Positions 28,501 through 38,280 of a stretch of 64,000 bases of DNA are shown in pieces (within the stretch, counting starts at the first letter, position 1; every line of letters begins with the position of its first letter). The stretch lies in the IMG/VR virus record IMGVR_UViG_3300001200_000009, one strand, 5' to 3'. Origin of the DNA: a virus. Both the position numbers and the translations under genes were made by a program. Under the pieces are notes generated by a model. The model searched no databases. It saw only the letters and a list, made by a program, of their open reading frames with translations, and had not been told where the DNA came from.

Positions 28501-30287
28501 TATACCTGTTCAAATTCCTCGATAGCGTTAACAGCTGTACGAACCGGATCGATATCGATCAAAAGATTCTTCTGTGGATAGATAGCGTTTTCATCGGCCG
28601 GTTTAATAGAGAATCGAATACCCTCATTAATGTTCGGTACCGATGATGGTCTAAATGGAAGAAGAGTAACTGTGTTCGTTGCGGTGTCAATAAATCCAGC
28701 ATCGTCAACAACGATGATTTCTCCCGAAGCTCCAGCTCTGATAATTTCTAGACGAAGCGACTTCTTTTGGTTACGAAGAGTACATGGATACGAGATACCA
28801 TTAATGATATATTCAAAAGTGTCTGACGTAAGAATATGGTCACGAGAATCGATAGGTGCAAAGGGTAGCGAATATCTTAGGTCGTATCTACGAGCAACAT
28901 TGAGCTCAGGAATTAGACGTCGCTGTAGGCTTACTTGCGCGTCGACTGAAACAATAGCTTCGTCCGAATCGTCGATAAATCCAAGAAGTCTAGATTTTCT
29001 AAATAGCGCCTCAAACCCTACTAAACGCTCTTGAGAGAAGTCTTGAATCGTGTCTTTGATTCGATTTTCTAACTGAGATTTAGTGAATGGTGTTTTAGTG
29101 CCATCATATCGTGCATTGACCTTCACTTCGATATACTGAAATTCTGGAGCTACAAATCGAGGCTCGATAGTTAATACAGCCCGAGGTTCAAGAATGTCAT
29201 CCCGCACAAAGGCTTCTTCGATCGATGTCATTTCGACGCGATCGAATGGCTTGATCGAAATAAACACCGATCCATAGTCAGGCGGAGTATTGGTTTCTCC
29301 ACCCCATACATTCAAGGACTCGACAAACGAGGCTTCAGACTTGATAAACATTTTGTAATCATTTGGAGTCACCGCTCTATTCTGAGCTGCAAAGGCCTTT
29401 GGTGCATTAAACTTAATTGACGCGATCGATTCCTTTTCGGCCCCACCATAAGAAGCTTCAATCGTCGAAATCGAAATATTATGGCCATTAATTGTTTCAG
29501 CAGTTTTGAATTCAGTTATCCGATTTCCTTCAGTACCCGAAGCCTTAAGATATTCAATATCAATAACCGAACCTTCCGGCGGCTTGAACCCAATAAGATT
29601 GTCACCAAGCATAATCTCGTAATAGTTGTTGGCAGACTCATGGATAAAGTAGTTGCGACGCTCTGGTACCAACTCTTCGACTCCCTTTGGAATCTTATAA
29701 GCCTCTTGAACAGTAGCATTCAATCCGCCCTTGACGACTACTGTCATAGTTGTGGTGTCGATTTGATCGTCTGGAATTACATAAATTGGATATTCTTGTT
29801 GGTCTGAATCAACAATGAATCGCTTAAGGATTTTCTTACCTTCGTAAACAAAAATATCGGCTGTGTAGTTATTTGCAACATTCAAAGAATACTCGTCAAG
29901 AGTATAGAATGTGAAGATTTTGTTTTCGGAAGCAGCGGTAAATCTAAGATATCGTGGAAGAACAAGATCGCCAGACGGGCTTCCTTGTAACGTCACTCGC
30001 ACAAGAGCTCTAGAAGAACGAACAGAACGAGGAACATAATTAAGTGGCTTGGCGTGCGACACAACCGAACTACGAAGTTGGGCGGTATCTAGAAACGACT
30101 CATTAACCGCGAAGTTAGCATACATAGCTTGAAGGTGAGTGTTATACGATAGAACATCCATCATAGTGTTCATGCCTGAACCTTCAAAGTCGTAGTCGTT
30201 ATACTCTCCGGTATTTTTGAAATAGGTCTTCAAAGACTCTTTAATGTCTTCGAAATTAAGTTTTGACGGGGTAAAATTATCCGACAT
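28500..30287 (-). CDS. gp6: Baseplate wedge subunit
   Basis: DYDFEGSGM..LSYNTH, NESFLDTA and AQNRAVT..DY motifs. Confidence 0.94.
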   Translation of the reverse strand: MSDNFTPSKLNFEDIKESLKTYFKNTGEYNDYDFEGSGMNTMMDVLSYNTHLQAMYANFAVNESFLDTAQLRSSVVSHAKPLNYVPRSVRSSRALVRVTLQGSPSGDLVLPRYLRFTAASENKIFTFYTLDEYSLNVANNYTADIFVYEGKKILKRFIVDSDQQEYPIYVIPDDQIDTTTMTVVVKGGLNATVQEAYKIPKGVEELVPERRNYFIHESANNYYEIMLGDNLIGFKPPEGSVIDIEYLKASGTEGNRITEFKTAETINGHNISISTIEASYGGAEKESIASIKFNAPKAFAAQNRAVTPNDYKMFIKSEASFVESLNVWGGETNTPPDYGSVFISIKPFDRVEMTSIEEAFVRDDILEPRAVLTIEPRFVAPEFQYIEVKVNARYDGTKTPFTKSQLENRIKDTIQDFSQERLVGFEALFRKSRLLGFIDDSDEAIVSVDAQVSLQRRLIPELNVARRYDLRYSLPFAPIDSRDHILTSDTFEYIINGISYPCTLRNQKKSLRLEIIRAGASGEIIVVDDAGFIDTATNTVTLLPFRPSSVPNINEGIRFSIKPADENAIYPQKNLLIDIDPVRTAVNAIEEFEQV

Positions 30288-30727
30288 TATCTGACTCTCT
30301 CAATTGCGAGGTTAAGTGTGACAATCTCTTCGGTTGCGACGATCACGAATTCTACAAGTATATTTATGACTTGGCTCTCCTGACCTCGTATTTTTATCGA
30401 AGTAATTCTTGCTCTTGGTTCATAATTCTCAATCACTCTTCTAATGGAATCTTCAATTTCAACCGATGTAAAGGTGTCATTGAGTTCAAACAAGAAGTCA
30501 GAAAGATTTCCACCAATATTTGAATTGAATGGTCTCTCATATGAGTTTGTTAGAATAAGATTCTTAACTGATTGAAGAACCGCTTTTGCGTCAACAACTT
30601 TAAAAAGGTCTTTGTTGCCCATACGAGGTTTGAAGAGCAGATTAAAGTCCGAATAGTCACGCGACCTTGATGTAACAATCGAGGCTCTGTTTAGAATAGC
30701 ATCATCTTGCGCGAAGTTTCTAGTCAT
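30287..30727 (-). CDS. gp25: Baseplate wedge subunit
   Basis: SVKNLILTNSYERPF..LFE..NYEPR motifs. Confidence 0.9.
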   Translation of the reverse strand: MTRNFAQDDAILNRASIVTSRSRDYSDFNLLFKPRMGNKDLFKVVDAKAVLQSVKNLILTNSYERPFNSNIGGNLSDFLFELNDTFTSVEIEDSIRRVIENYEPRARITSIKIRGQESQVINILVEFVIVATEEIVTLNLAIERVR

Positions 30728-32750
30728 CTGATAGGTCCAAAATGTTATCACCTAAAGAGCGGTGGTTAAATTCAGTTTTTACTTTTCTTTCGTTATTTTT
30801 CAAGTCAATCGAAATTAGAATTGTCGGCTCATTGATTCCAGAGGGGTCATAATCCAAATAGCTTAGAGTTAACTCATCATAGGTCAGATGGTTTCTCATC
30901 CATTGAGCTGCCTCAAAATAATTAGAGTTGGGTAGAGAAGGAAATTGAATACCAACTGCAAGCCCTTGGACAGCTTTGGCGGTTACGGTGCCGCTACCGA
31001 TTTTTTCTTCTTCGAACGGACAGTACAGACCTTCTGAAATAGTCCACGTATCCTTGAATTTTTCTCTCAGTGGCTCCAGGATATTGTAGGCCAGGTATTG
31101 CATATTATCAAACAGTTGAGACCGTGATAGTCCTCCCTGTTCACAGAGATTCACAGAAAGACCGTCTCCGGCTAACATATGCGATACTCTGAAGTTTGGC
31201 GATAACATTGTGCTTCGAGCAATACGTTTAGGTTTCATATGCTTTGGAATAGATTCGATTCTAAGGCGGTTAGACTGAGCAATTTTATATGAGCTCAGAC
31301 CAGTCTGAGAAATGCTAGTGTCGCCATATGAGACATCAGTCTCTGACCCTTCTCTTATTGTACGAGGAGGCGAACCACCAGTAATAGATGAATTTACCGA
31401 CCCTTGGTTGACTTGGTCGGACACCCAATCTTGATCGTTGCGTAGCCAATCATTACGAGCTCTGGCAATAACCTCTCCAGTATTTAGGATACGAGAATTG
31501 AATTTGCTTTCGGGTTTACGGTCTAGATTCAGAATAAAGGCGTCACTAGTCTCTATTACATCAGTAACTCCTTCAGAAGAAGTTGGGTTTTCTTCACGAT
31601 CTTCTGGATCGTCTCCACTTGAAGGAGACGAAGGATTCGGAATCTTAGGAATCGGAGTACCCAATGAAGCCTTTGCGGCAGTGTCAGCAAACTCAGCTTT
31701 AACAGCAGTTCCTTGTAATTTCGAAGTATGTATATCTCCACCAGCCTTGATAGTCCCATCCACATCAAGCGTCGAATTTATTTTAACAGCCCCACCTATG
31801 TCAACACCAGAGGCTGTTCTTACCACGCCTTTAATATCAGCAGTTCCTTCAAGCTTAATATTATCGAAATGTAAGTCAGTCCCGTAAACCGTCTTGACTA
31901 CGAGATTGCCCTCTCCTTCGGTTCCTTCCTTATCAAATCCGTTCCATGTTACGGTTCCGCCAAAATAAGACCCATTAAACTCACCATACGATCGTTGTGC
32001 GATAGACCCTTCGGTGGTCAATCTCCAGTTACCTCCGAATTCTTGAGTATGGTCTCCAAGAGTCCGTTCTATGACATTTGATAGATTCCGCCTGATAGTG
32101 TTACCACGGGTTTCAGTAAGCCTTCCACCAGTAACGCTATCTTCAGAGTTACCATGGACACGTTCTTTTTTGTCTCCTTGAACTTCAAGATTATAATCTC
32201 CTTGGACTAACTGATTAAGGTCACCGTCAACCTGCATAGTTGCATCGCCTTGGACGCGGATATCGGCGTTTGATTCAATAACCACAAGACATTGACCTCT
32301 TACAACTAGTTCAGAGTCTGAAGCTACAACTTGATAGGACCTATTCTGAGATTTGAGAAACACCGAACCGTCTGGCAACATTTCAATTCTAGAACCAGTG
32401 CGGTGCTGAAAATTTAATCGCTCATTGCCAGGCGTATCGTCATATTCTATTAAATGACCTGATCGAGTTTCGATCGTCTGGTTTTTTGGATATGTCGAAC
32501 GAGCTGACTGTTGAGGCTCAGAAACCAGCTTTGCAGAAGTCTGAGAGTCTTTTGAAGCTTTACGTGCAGTACGAGTACCGAGTGTTGTCTTCTTAACATC
32601 TGTCTGAAATGTACCTCGATTGTTAACATCCGAAGTTTTGTCATAGTCACGCTTCGGATAAACTCCATCCTTGTCTTGGAATCCCCCTCTAACCGGATTC
32701 CCGGGTCTTTGGGTTAAATTAAGGTCAAAATCTTCGGCGTCTCGACTCAT
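30720..32750 (-). CDS. gp5 C-terminal part (beta-helix spike) with a C-terminal degenerate M15-peptidase-like domain
   Basis: GFQDKDGVYP...YPKNQTIETRSGHLIEYDDTPGNER, VxG beta-helix repeats, LSPNF...ILEPLREKF. Confidence 0.8.
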   Translation of the reverse strand: MSRDAEDFDLNLTQRPGNPVRGGFQDKDGVYPKRDYDKTSDVNNRGTFQTDVKKTTLGTRTARKASKDSQTSAKLVSEPQQSARSTYPKNQTIETRSGHLIEYDDTPGNERLNFQHRTGSRIEMLPDGSVFLKSQNRSYQVVASDSELVVRGQCLVVIESNADIRVQGDATMQVDGDLNQLVQGDYNLEVQGDKKERVHGNSEDSVTGGRLTETRGNTIRRNLSNVIERTLGDHTQEFGGNWRLTTEGSIAQRSYGEFNGSYFGGTVTWNGFDKEGTEGEGNLVVKTVYGTDLHFDNIKLEGTADIKGVVRTASGVDIGGAVKINSTLDVDGTIKAGGDIHTSKLQGTAVKAEFADTAAKASLGTPIPKIPNPSSPSSGDDPEDREENPTSSEGVTDVIETSDAFILNLDRKPESKFNSRILNTGEVIARARNDWLRNDQDWVSDQVNQGSVNSSITGGSPPRTIREGSETDVSYGDTSISQTGLSSYKIAQSNRLRIESIPKHMKPKRIARSTMLSPNFRVSHMLAGDGLSVNLCEQGGLSRSQLFDNMQYLAYNILEPLREKFKDTWTISEGLYCPFEEEKIGSGTVTAKAVQGLAVGIQFPSLPNSNYFEAAQWMRNHLTYDELTLSYLDYDPSGINEPTILISIDLKNNERKVKTEFNHRSLGDNILDLSDD

Positions 32751-33253
32751 TAACTAAAGTCACTCGCTGTCAATGCTACTGAAACGTTGGCTGAATAGAC
32801 CACATCGCTGTTATTGTCGGTAACCTTACATCTCCAAATCGCGGTCCAAGTCGTTTCTCCTCCAGGAGGAGGCTCCGGGATACCAGCCGAGAATCCAGTA
32901 GAGTTGGAACTAGGGGTGTTTGCACTTATACCATTATGACCAGAAACGAATTCCCATAAGAAGCTAACTGGTGATTGCGCTCCCGAAGAAGTCACAGTAG
33001 CATTTGTATTAGTCGTTACAAGAACAGTACCACCAACAGCGCTTGATGCCGCCCCTGTTAGAATAGTAGGTGTTACGCTAACAGTAAATGGAGGTCCGGA
33101 TGCAGTGCCATGAAAGTCTGACCAGCTGATAGCTCCTGAAGCAGGCACTCCAGTATCAGCAGCGTAATATTCGCTGATTGAAATTGGATTAGAGCCTCCA
33201 AATTCCGTTTGAATTTCAGAAGCCTTAATAGTACCTGATGCAGGTAATGCCAT
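32750..33253 (-). CDS. Tail-fibre-associated adhesin-like protein
   Basis: MALPASGTIKASEIQTEFGGSNPISISEYY N-terminus, typical of genes after S74-containing fibres. Confidence 0.7.
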   Translation of the reverse strand: MALPASGTIKASEIQTEFGGSNPISISEYYAADTGVPASGAISWSDFHGTASGPPFTVSVTPTILTGAASSAVGGTVLVTTNTNATVTSSGAQSPVSFLWEFVSGHNGISANTPSSNSTGFSAGIPEPPPGGETTWTAIWRCKVTDNNSDVVYSANVSVALTASDFS

Positions 33254-33579
33254 TATTTAGCCTTTGTAGTTTTCTTACGTGTTTTACGTTTCTTTGGTTC
33301 TTTTACCTCTTCAACAGGTTCGACCTTACGTTTGAAACGCTTCATGCCATGTTCGGTTGCAGTTTTTTTCTTACGCTTTTCACGACGCTTGATTTGCATT
33401 TTAACTTCAATGCCTCGACCAACCTCTTCAGCACGAGTCATTGTAGCATCTGTGTCAACCGCCCCGTCTTCTTTAAGGATTGGGTTTACCCCACGCTCGA
33501 CATCTTCGCCATCTTTATTTTCAAAATTATACATGACTAGACCAGTGTCTTCATCATATCCTAGTAGTGTAATCTTCAT
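33253..33579 (-). CDS. Hypothetical fibre-cassette protein with a basic C-terminus
   Basis: RGVNPILKEDGAVDTDATMTRAEEVGRG; GGAG SD. Confidence 0.65.
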   Translation of the reverse strand: MKITLLGYDEDTGLVMYNFENKDGEDVERGVNPILKEDGAVDTDATMTRAEEVGRGIEVKMQIKRREKRKKKTATEHGMKRFKRKVEPVEEVKEPKKRKTRKKTTKAK

Positions 33580-33588
33580 ATGAAGCTC

Positions 33589-36500
33589 CTATTTCTTTAA
33601 TGTATTTATAAGCTGTCTGAGCTCTTTTAGCTCTTCATGAAGCCTATTGATTTGACTATCTGAATTTTTCTTTTGAGCTGCGATTGCAGCAATAGCTAGT
33701 TTCGCATAGTTAACCGAGAGAATTCCATCTTCAGATTCAATAACTGCTTCTGGAAAATATTCTTGAACTTCTTGAGCGATAATACCGACATCTTCTTTAT
33801 TATCCAAATCTGTTCGCTTAAACCGCTTTACTTCAAGTTTAGAGATGTCAAAGTTCTCATATGGTTTAATGTCTGTTTTAAGACTCTTATCCGAGAAGGC
33901 TGTGATGTCACCAGTTGCGGTAATACTTCCAGTGACTGTCAATGCAGTCGCAGTAAGTTGCATTTTGTCTGAAACACCGCCATCAGCAACATTGCCTACG
34001 TACCATCTATGATTTTGATGAGCTCTATAATACATCGTACTAGACTCAATGCCGATAGCATAACTAGTAGCAGAATCTTTAGTGCCGTAAACAGCAATTC
34101 TGTCGCCAAGAAGGTTTGACATCTGAATGTCGCCAGATAAAGTTCTAGAACCATTAGCTCTAAATAAAGAGGTCTCTTGGATTCCATCGAGTAAATCGGC
34201 ATCAAGTCCAGAACCAGAACCATCGTTACCTTCATGAAAAACTTTATAGACATTAGCACCCATTGACCACCCGCCCACAGAAAGTTGGTTGGTTCCTCCG
34301 TCAATTCCAAAATAAACAGCATAATCACCAGCCACATGGAAAGCCATATATGCGTCTTGACCAGCAGTCTGCTGTTGAACCTGTAAATGATTACCTGGGG
34401 CTGTAAAACTAGAACCGGCAGTGTTATAAAATGTATGAGTTCCAGTATGAGTGTCTGAGGCATCGGACCTAGCATATGAAGAACCTTGAACTCCATCTAA
34501 CAGGTCAGCATCTAATCCTGAGCCAGACCCATCATTACCAGCATGGAAAATCTTGTAATAGGTTCCCCAACTAGTAGCATCCCAATTGCTCTGTATAAAA
34601 CCAAGCGAATTACCTGTTTTACCAAATACTAAAGCGTTAGACGTTTTAACATCTGCGCCAGTATAAGAACTCATCCATAAAACGTCGTTCCAAGTATCTG
34701 GAGAGCCAGTGTTTACTCCGCTAGACCCTCTTAACATTTGAAGTCTTAATCTACCGCTGCCAAATACATTTGGTTTTTCGAGTCCACCTGAAGTATATCC
34801 GGCACCGAGATAATTAGATGTGTTATACGATTTATGGTCTAAGGCCGCTCCCTGATAACCATCAAGTAAATCAGCATCTAGACCAGAGCCGGAACCGTCA
34901 TTACCAGCATGCCATGCAATATTAGGGCCCTGCATATAAATCGGTCTAGATTGCGCATAATTGTTTAGATACATTGCACCATCTGTAGACGAATCAATAT
35001 GAAGATTCGATGACACGCCGATTGAAGCTCTTGTCGCGGTATTCTGATTGTAGTTACCAATCCATAGTTCGTCTGTTCCAGCTTGGAAAACCGCATTATC
35101 TTTAAATCGTACTTTATTATCGCCATCTCCGACAGAAAAAATCTCTATTTCTCCGCCTGCACCGACGTTATTGTTATAGAATCTTACGCCGCCATAATTC
35201 CAATATGCGCCAATTTTTATACCAGTATGGTAGTTGATAATCAAATCAGGATAAGGGTGCGACCAAGGACCGGATTCTTGATACATTGCATAACCATAAT
35301 GCCCAACCCCACTATCCCCGCCAACGCCTTTTGGCGTTAGTTGATAATAAATGTCAGAAGCATCGCTTCGTAAATAAGAAGAACCTTGAACACCATCTAA
35401 CAGGTCAGCATCTAATCCAGAGCCAGACCCATCATTACCTGCATGCCAAGCTGTATTGCCGTCGATTGTTAAACTAGAACCATTAAATAATAGAGATTGT
35501 GTAACTCCACTCCAATTGTAGTCTATAGAAATACCGCTTGGAGTATTTTCAATTCTATCATATCTACCATTTGTCCTAAGATGAATTGAAGGGTTGCCAG
35601 TTTGACCGGCATCTCTAATAATGTCAAGAACAGGACTGTTTTTGTAAATCGTAACATTGTTAGAAAATGTTTTCGCGCCACCTATAGTTTCATTACCTGT
35701 AAGACCAACTTTATTATTTAATGCTGTTTGAGTAGCCGTAGAAATAGGTTTAGCTAAGTCTGATGTATTATTGACATTTCCTAATCCTACATCTGAGGAT
35801 GAAAGAGTAACCACACCTGTTTGCCCAGCAACCGAGGTTACCTGACCTGGAGAACTCATCTCTCTCCATACTGCTCCATCATATACAAATGAACCAGTGA
35901 ATCCGCTTCCAGTGTCTGCTACAATAGCTACATCGCCTGTTTCTACCGTTAAAGCATTTCTAGCCGTAATATCTGCTACTGGAAATACGTTGACAATAGC
36001 TAGAGCAGGCACTTGAGACGACAGCAATTTACCATTAGCGTCTAGAGTCGCAACTCCGTTGGCTACAGCTTTTTCTGTTGTAGGAATGTACGGAAGAGTC
36101 GGAATTCTAGCTGCTAAAAGTACTCCAGAATTTATCTTAGCAGCATCTAAATTTGGAATTCTGTCGACGTGTAGTATACCGGTAGTGATGTCATTACCAT
36201 CATGCGTATGAGCTGACGGAGTAAATGAAGTTGGAACACCTGTAATGTTAGCGTAATCTAAATAGAAAGAACCTTGTTGTCCATCTAGTAAATCTGCGTC
36301 AAGTCCAGAACCAGAACCGTCGTTACCAGCATGCCAAACATTATTGCTGTTGACAGTTGGAACATTACTAAAGTCCCATGTACCGGTCATAGTGTAATTG
36401 CCGCTTGTATCAAATCCGCCCGCAAGGTCATTTAAAGTAGCAAGGTCAACACCATTGAATTGTGGTCTTGCAGTAAAGTTAGACACAACACTTTTTTCGG

Positions 36501-38280
36501 CATAATCTGAATGGTCAGGAATAGTAGGAATTTCAGAACTTAGAGCGTATCCAGATAAGTCTACCGGAGCAGGTAAATCTTCAATTAGTAGATATGCGCC
36601 GAGAGCCCCACCCAACGCGCTAGTAATAAGCTGTTGAATAATAGTGGTAGGTACTTGAGTAGCAAACGTCAGAGGATTTTGCTGACCTGCAATAGTAGAA
36701 ACAGGGTCTTCAAACGGACTTGGAACGACCGATGAAACTTCGGCAGGTTTAATTTCAAACGGAACTGGTTGAACTTCTTCGAATAAATCTTCATTAACCG
36801 AAGCGACTACAACAGGTTCGGCGTCAATAATAGCCGGAGTTTCGGCCGGATTCAAAGCTTCTCTTGGAGCAGAATCATCTTCGGCTTGAACAACTTCTTC
36901 GATAGTTTGAGAAGGAGATGGTTCGATAGTCGATACCCACATCGGCTTCTTGCTTCGAACATAATCCTTTACATCGAATTCTGGGTCAGTACGTCTTTCA
37001 GGGTCTACATCTCTATGACCAAGTAGATTTGAATTTGGATACGCATGTAGGAATACGCCAATAAATTTGTCAAAGGTTTTCCATTGAGCATCGGTAAACG
37101 TGTCTGCCGAACGAATAAGACCCTTCTCATTGCTATGACCTCTACGTCCGCCGATAAAGGCGATACCAATAGACTTCTCATTACGTCCACGTGCATGAGC
37201 ACCTGGTGTATTGACATTACGCCCAACCTGAATACGACCGTCTCTTCGAATAATGAAGTGATAGCCGATTTGGTCAAATGGTTGCTGACCCTTTGGGGGA
37301 TTTTTATGCCAGCTGTCGATGTCTTCGACATTCGTGTCCATATTTTCATAGGTGTCGGCATGGTGGACAATAAGCTCAGAGATGTCACGTGATGAAGAAA
37401 TTAGAAGAGCATAGAGTTGCTCATTAGATGTAATATGGCTACCAAAGTTAATCTCTTGTGGAGGAACTCTTAAAGGTAGACGTGTTTTACCGCCTGTAGA
37501 ACCATATGCGGCTTGAACCTCGGAAGCTTTCTTTTTAACCGATGCTTTCGAAGAGTCAGTGTCTAGGTTATAATAGCCTTGAATAAAAGCGGTCGCTGCT
37601 TCAGGCGCTGTCGTAGGAGTGATTGTCTTACCAGACTTGGTAAGGAAGTTTGGCCATCCTCTTAGAGAAAGTGTGTCAACAAGAAATTCAAGTTGTGTTT
37701 CAAGGTCTTCGATGGTCGAATTCTGACGTAGAACATACTCACGATAAGCTCTAAGTTGATTATCATCCCATAGACCTAATCCAAATCGTTGGTTAAGATA
37801 GAACTGGCCTGGGTCTAGCTTTTCACCAAGATATTCAATCATCCCAGCTACAATACCGGTAGCTTCAAATTCCTCAAAACCTTTATTGCGAAGGTAATTG
37901 AATACGATTTCTGGGTTAGAATTGCCTTGAAGAGTCGGTTCGCCTTGAATCTCGCCTTGTACTCGTGTACGCTTGTTGAGGCCAATGATGACACCCTCAA
38001 CTAAGAAATTCTGTTTAGACATACCGTCCATGAATTTACCATGGACTAACGAGCCTTTAACAAGCCCAATCGGAGCTTTACCTAGGCCTGAAATACCGGC
38101 ATTGGTTGCATCGATCGCGATTTGAGACCATGGGAGGTCTGACGTAGGAAGGATATTATCATCTTCAGAATGAAGACCATAGATTCTTACGCGTACGCGT
38201 CCTGCGCGTGATGGGTCATTGATGTCTTCGACAACACCGATGCCCCAAACTGTTGTGTCACCGTAAAATGAGTGCTTCAT
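33589..38280 (-). CDS. gp5: gp5 N-terminal OB-fold fused to phage-tail-lysozyme-like, Zn amidase, tail-fibre and S74 chaperone domains (1563 aa)
   Basis: GVVEDINDPSRAGRVRVRIYGLH (OB); NYLRNKGF..ATGIVA (lysozyme-like); IVHH..IGYHFIIRRDG..GAHARG.N..SIGI..GHRDV (amidase); WHAGNDGSGSGLDADLLDG repeats; FSDK..GIIAQEVQ (S74). Confidence 0.85.
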   Translation of the reverse strand: MKHSFYGDTTVWGIGVVEDINDPSRAGRVRVRIYGLHSEDDNILPTSDLPWSQIAIDATNAGISGLGKAPIGLVKGSLVHGKFMDGMSKQNFLVEGVIIGLNKRTRVQGEIQGEPTLQGNSNPEIVFNYLRNKGFEEFEATGIVAGMIEYLGEKLDPGQFYLNQRFGLGLWDDNQLRAYREYVLRQNSTIEDLETQLEFLVDTLSLRGWPNFLTKSGKTITPTTAPEAATAFIQGYYNLDTDSSKASVKKKASEVQAAYGSTGGKTRLPLRVPPQEINFGSHITSNEQLYALLISSSRDISELIVHHADTYENMDTNVEDIDSWHKNPPKGQQPFDQIGYHFIIRRDGRIQVGRNVNTPGAHARGRNEKSIGIAFIGGRRGHSNEKGLIRSADTFTDAQWKTFDKFIGVFLHAYPNSNLLGHRDVDPERRTDPEFDVKDYVRSKKPMWVSTIEPSPSQTIEEVVQAEDDSAPREALNPAETPAIIDAEPVVVASVNEDLFEEVQPVPFEIKPAEVSSVVPSPFEDPVSTIAGQQNPLTFATQVPTTIIQQLITSALGGALGAYLLIEDLPAPVDLSGYALSSEIPTIPDHSDYAEKSVVSNFTARPQFNGVDLATLNDLAGGFDTSGNYTMTGTWDFSNVPTVNSNNVWHAGNDGSGSGLDADLLDGQQGSFYLDYANITGVPTSFTPSAHTHDGNDITTGILHVDRIPNLDAAKINSGVLLAARIPTLPYIPTTEKAVANGVATLDANGKLLSSQVPALAIVNVFPVADITARNALTVETGDVAIVADTGSGFTGSFVYDGAVWREMSSPGQVTSVAGQTGVVTLSSSDVGLGNVNNTSDLAKPISTATQTALNNKVGLTGNETIGGAKTFSNNVTIYKNSPVLDIIRDAGQTGNPSIHLRTNGRYDRIENTPSGISIDYNWSGVTQSLLFNGSSLTIDGNTAWHAGNDGSGSGLDADLLDGVQGSSYLRSDASDIYYQLTPKGVGGDSGVGHYGYAMYQESGPWSHPYPDLIINYHTGIKIGAYWNYGGVRFYNNNVGAGGEIEIFSVGDGDNKVRFKDNAVFQAGTDELWIGNYNQNTATRASIGVSSNLHIDSSTDGAMYLNNYAQSRPIYMQGPNIAWHAGNDGSGSGLDADLLDGYQGAALDHKSYNTSNYLGAGYTSGGLEKPNVFGSGRLRLQMLRGSSGVNTGSPDTWNDVLWMSSYTGADVKTSNALVFGKTGNSLGFIQSNWDATSWGTYYKIFHAGNDGSGSGLDADLLDGVQGSSYARSDASDTHTGTHTFYNTAGSSFTAPGNHLQVQQQTAGQDAYMAFHVAGDYAVYFGIDGGTNQLSVGGWSMGANVYKVFHEGNDGSGSGLDADLLDGIQETSLFRANGSRTLSGDIQMSNLLGDRIAVYGTKDSATSYAIGIESSTMYYRAHQNHRWYVGNVADGGVSDKMQLTATALTVTGSITATGDITAFSDKSLKTDIKPYENFDISKLEVKRFKRTDLDNKEDVGIIAQEVQEYFPEAVIESEDGILSVNYAKLAIAAIAAQKKNSDSQINRLHEELKELRQLINTLKK
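34184..36340 (-). repeat. Five dispersed (W/F)H(A/E)GNDGSGSGLDADLLDG fibre-joint repeats; a sixth copy lies near 17305-17360
   Basis: Visible in translation; copies at 34478-34545 and 35378-35445 differ at only 3 of 68 nt. Confidence 0.9.

Noticed and set aside
34184-36340. CRISPR-like array or diversity-generating retroelement TR/VR pair
   Set aside because: The repeats are in-frame protein motifs with long, irregular spacing, their differences are synonymous, and no reverse transcriptase or cas gene is in the window.
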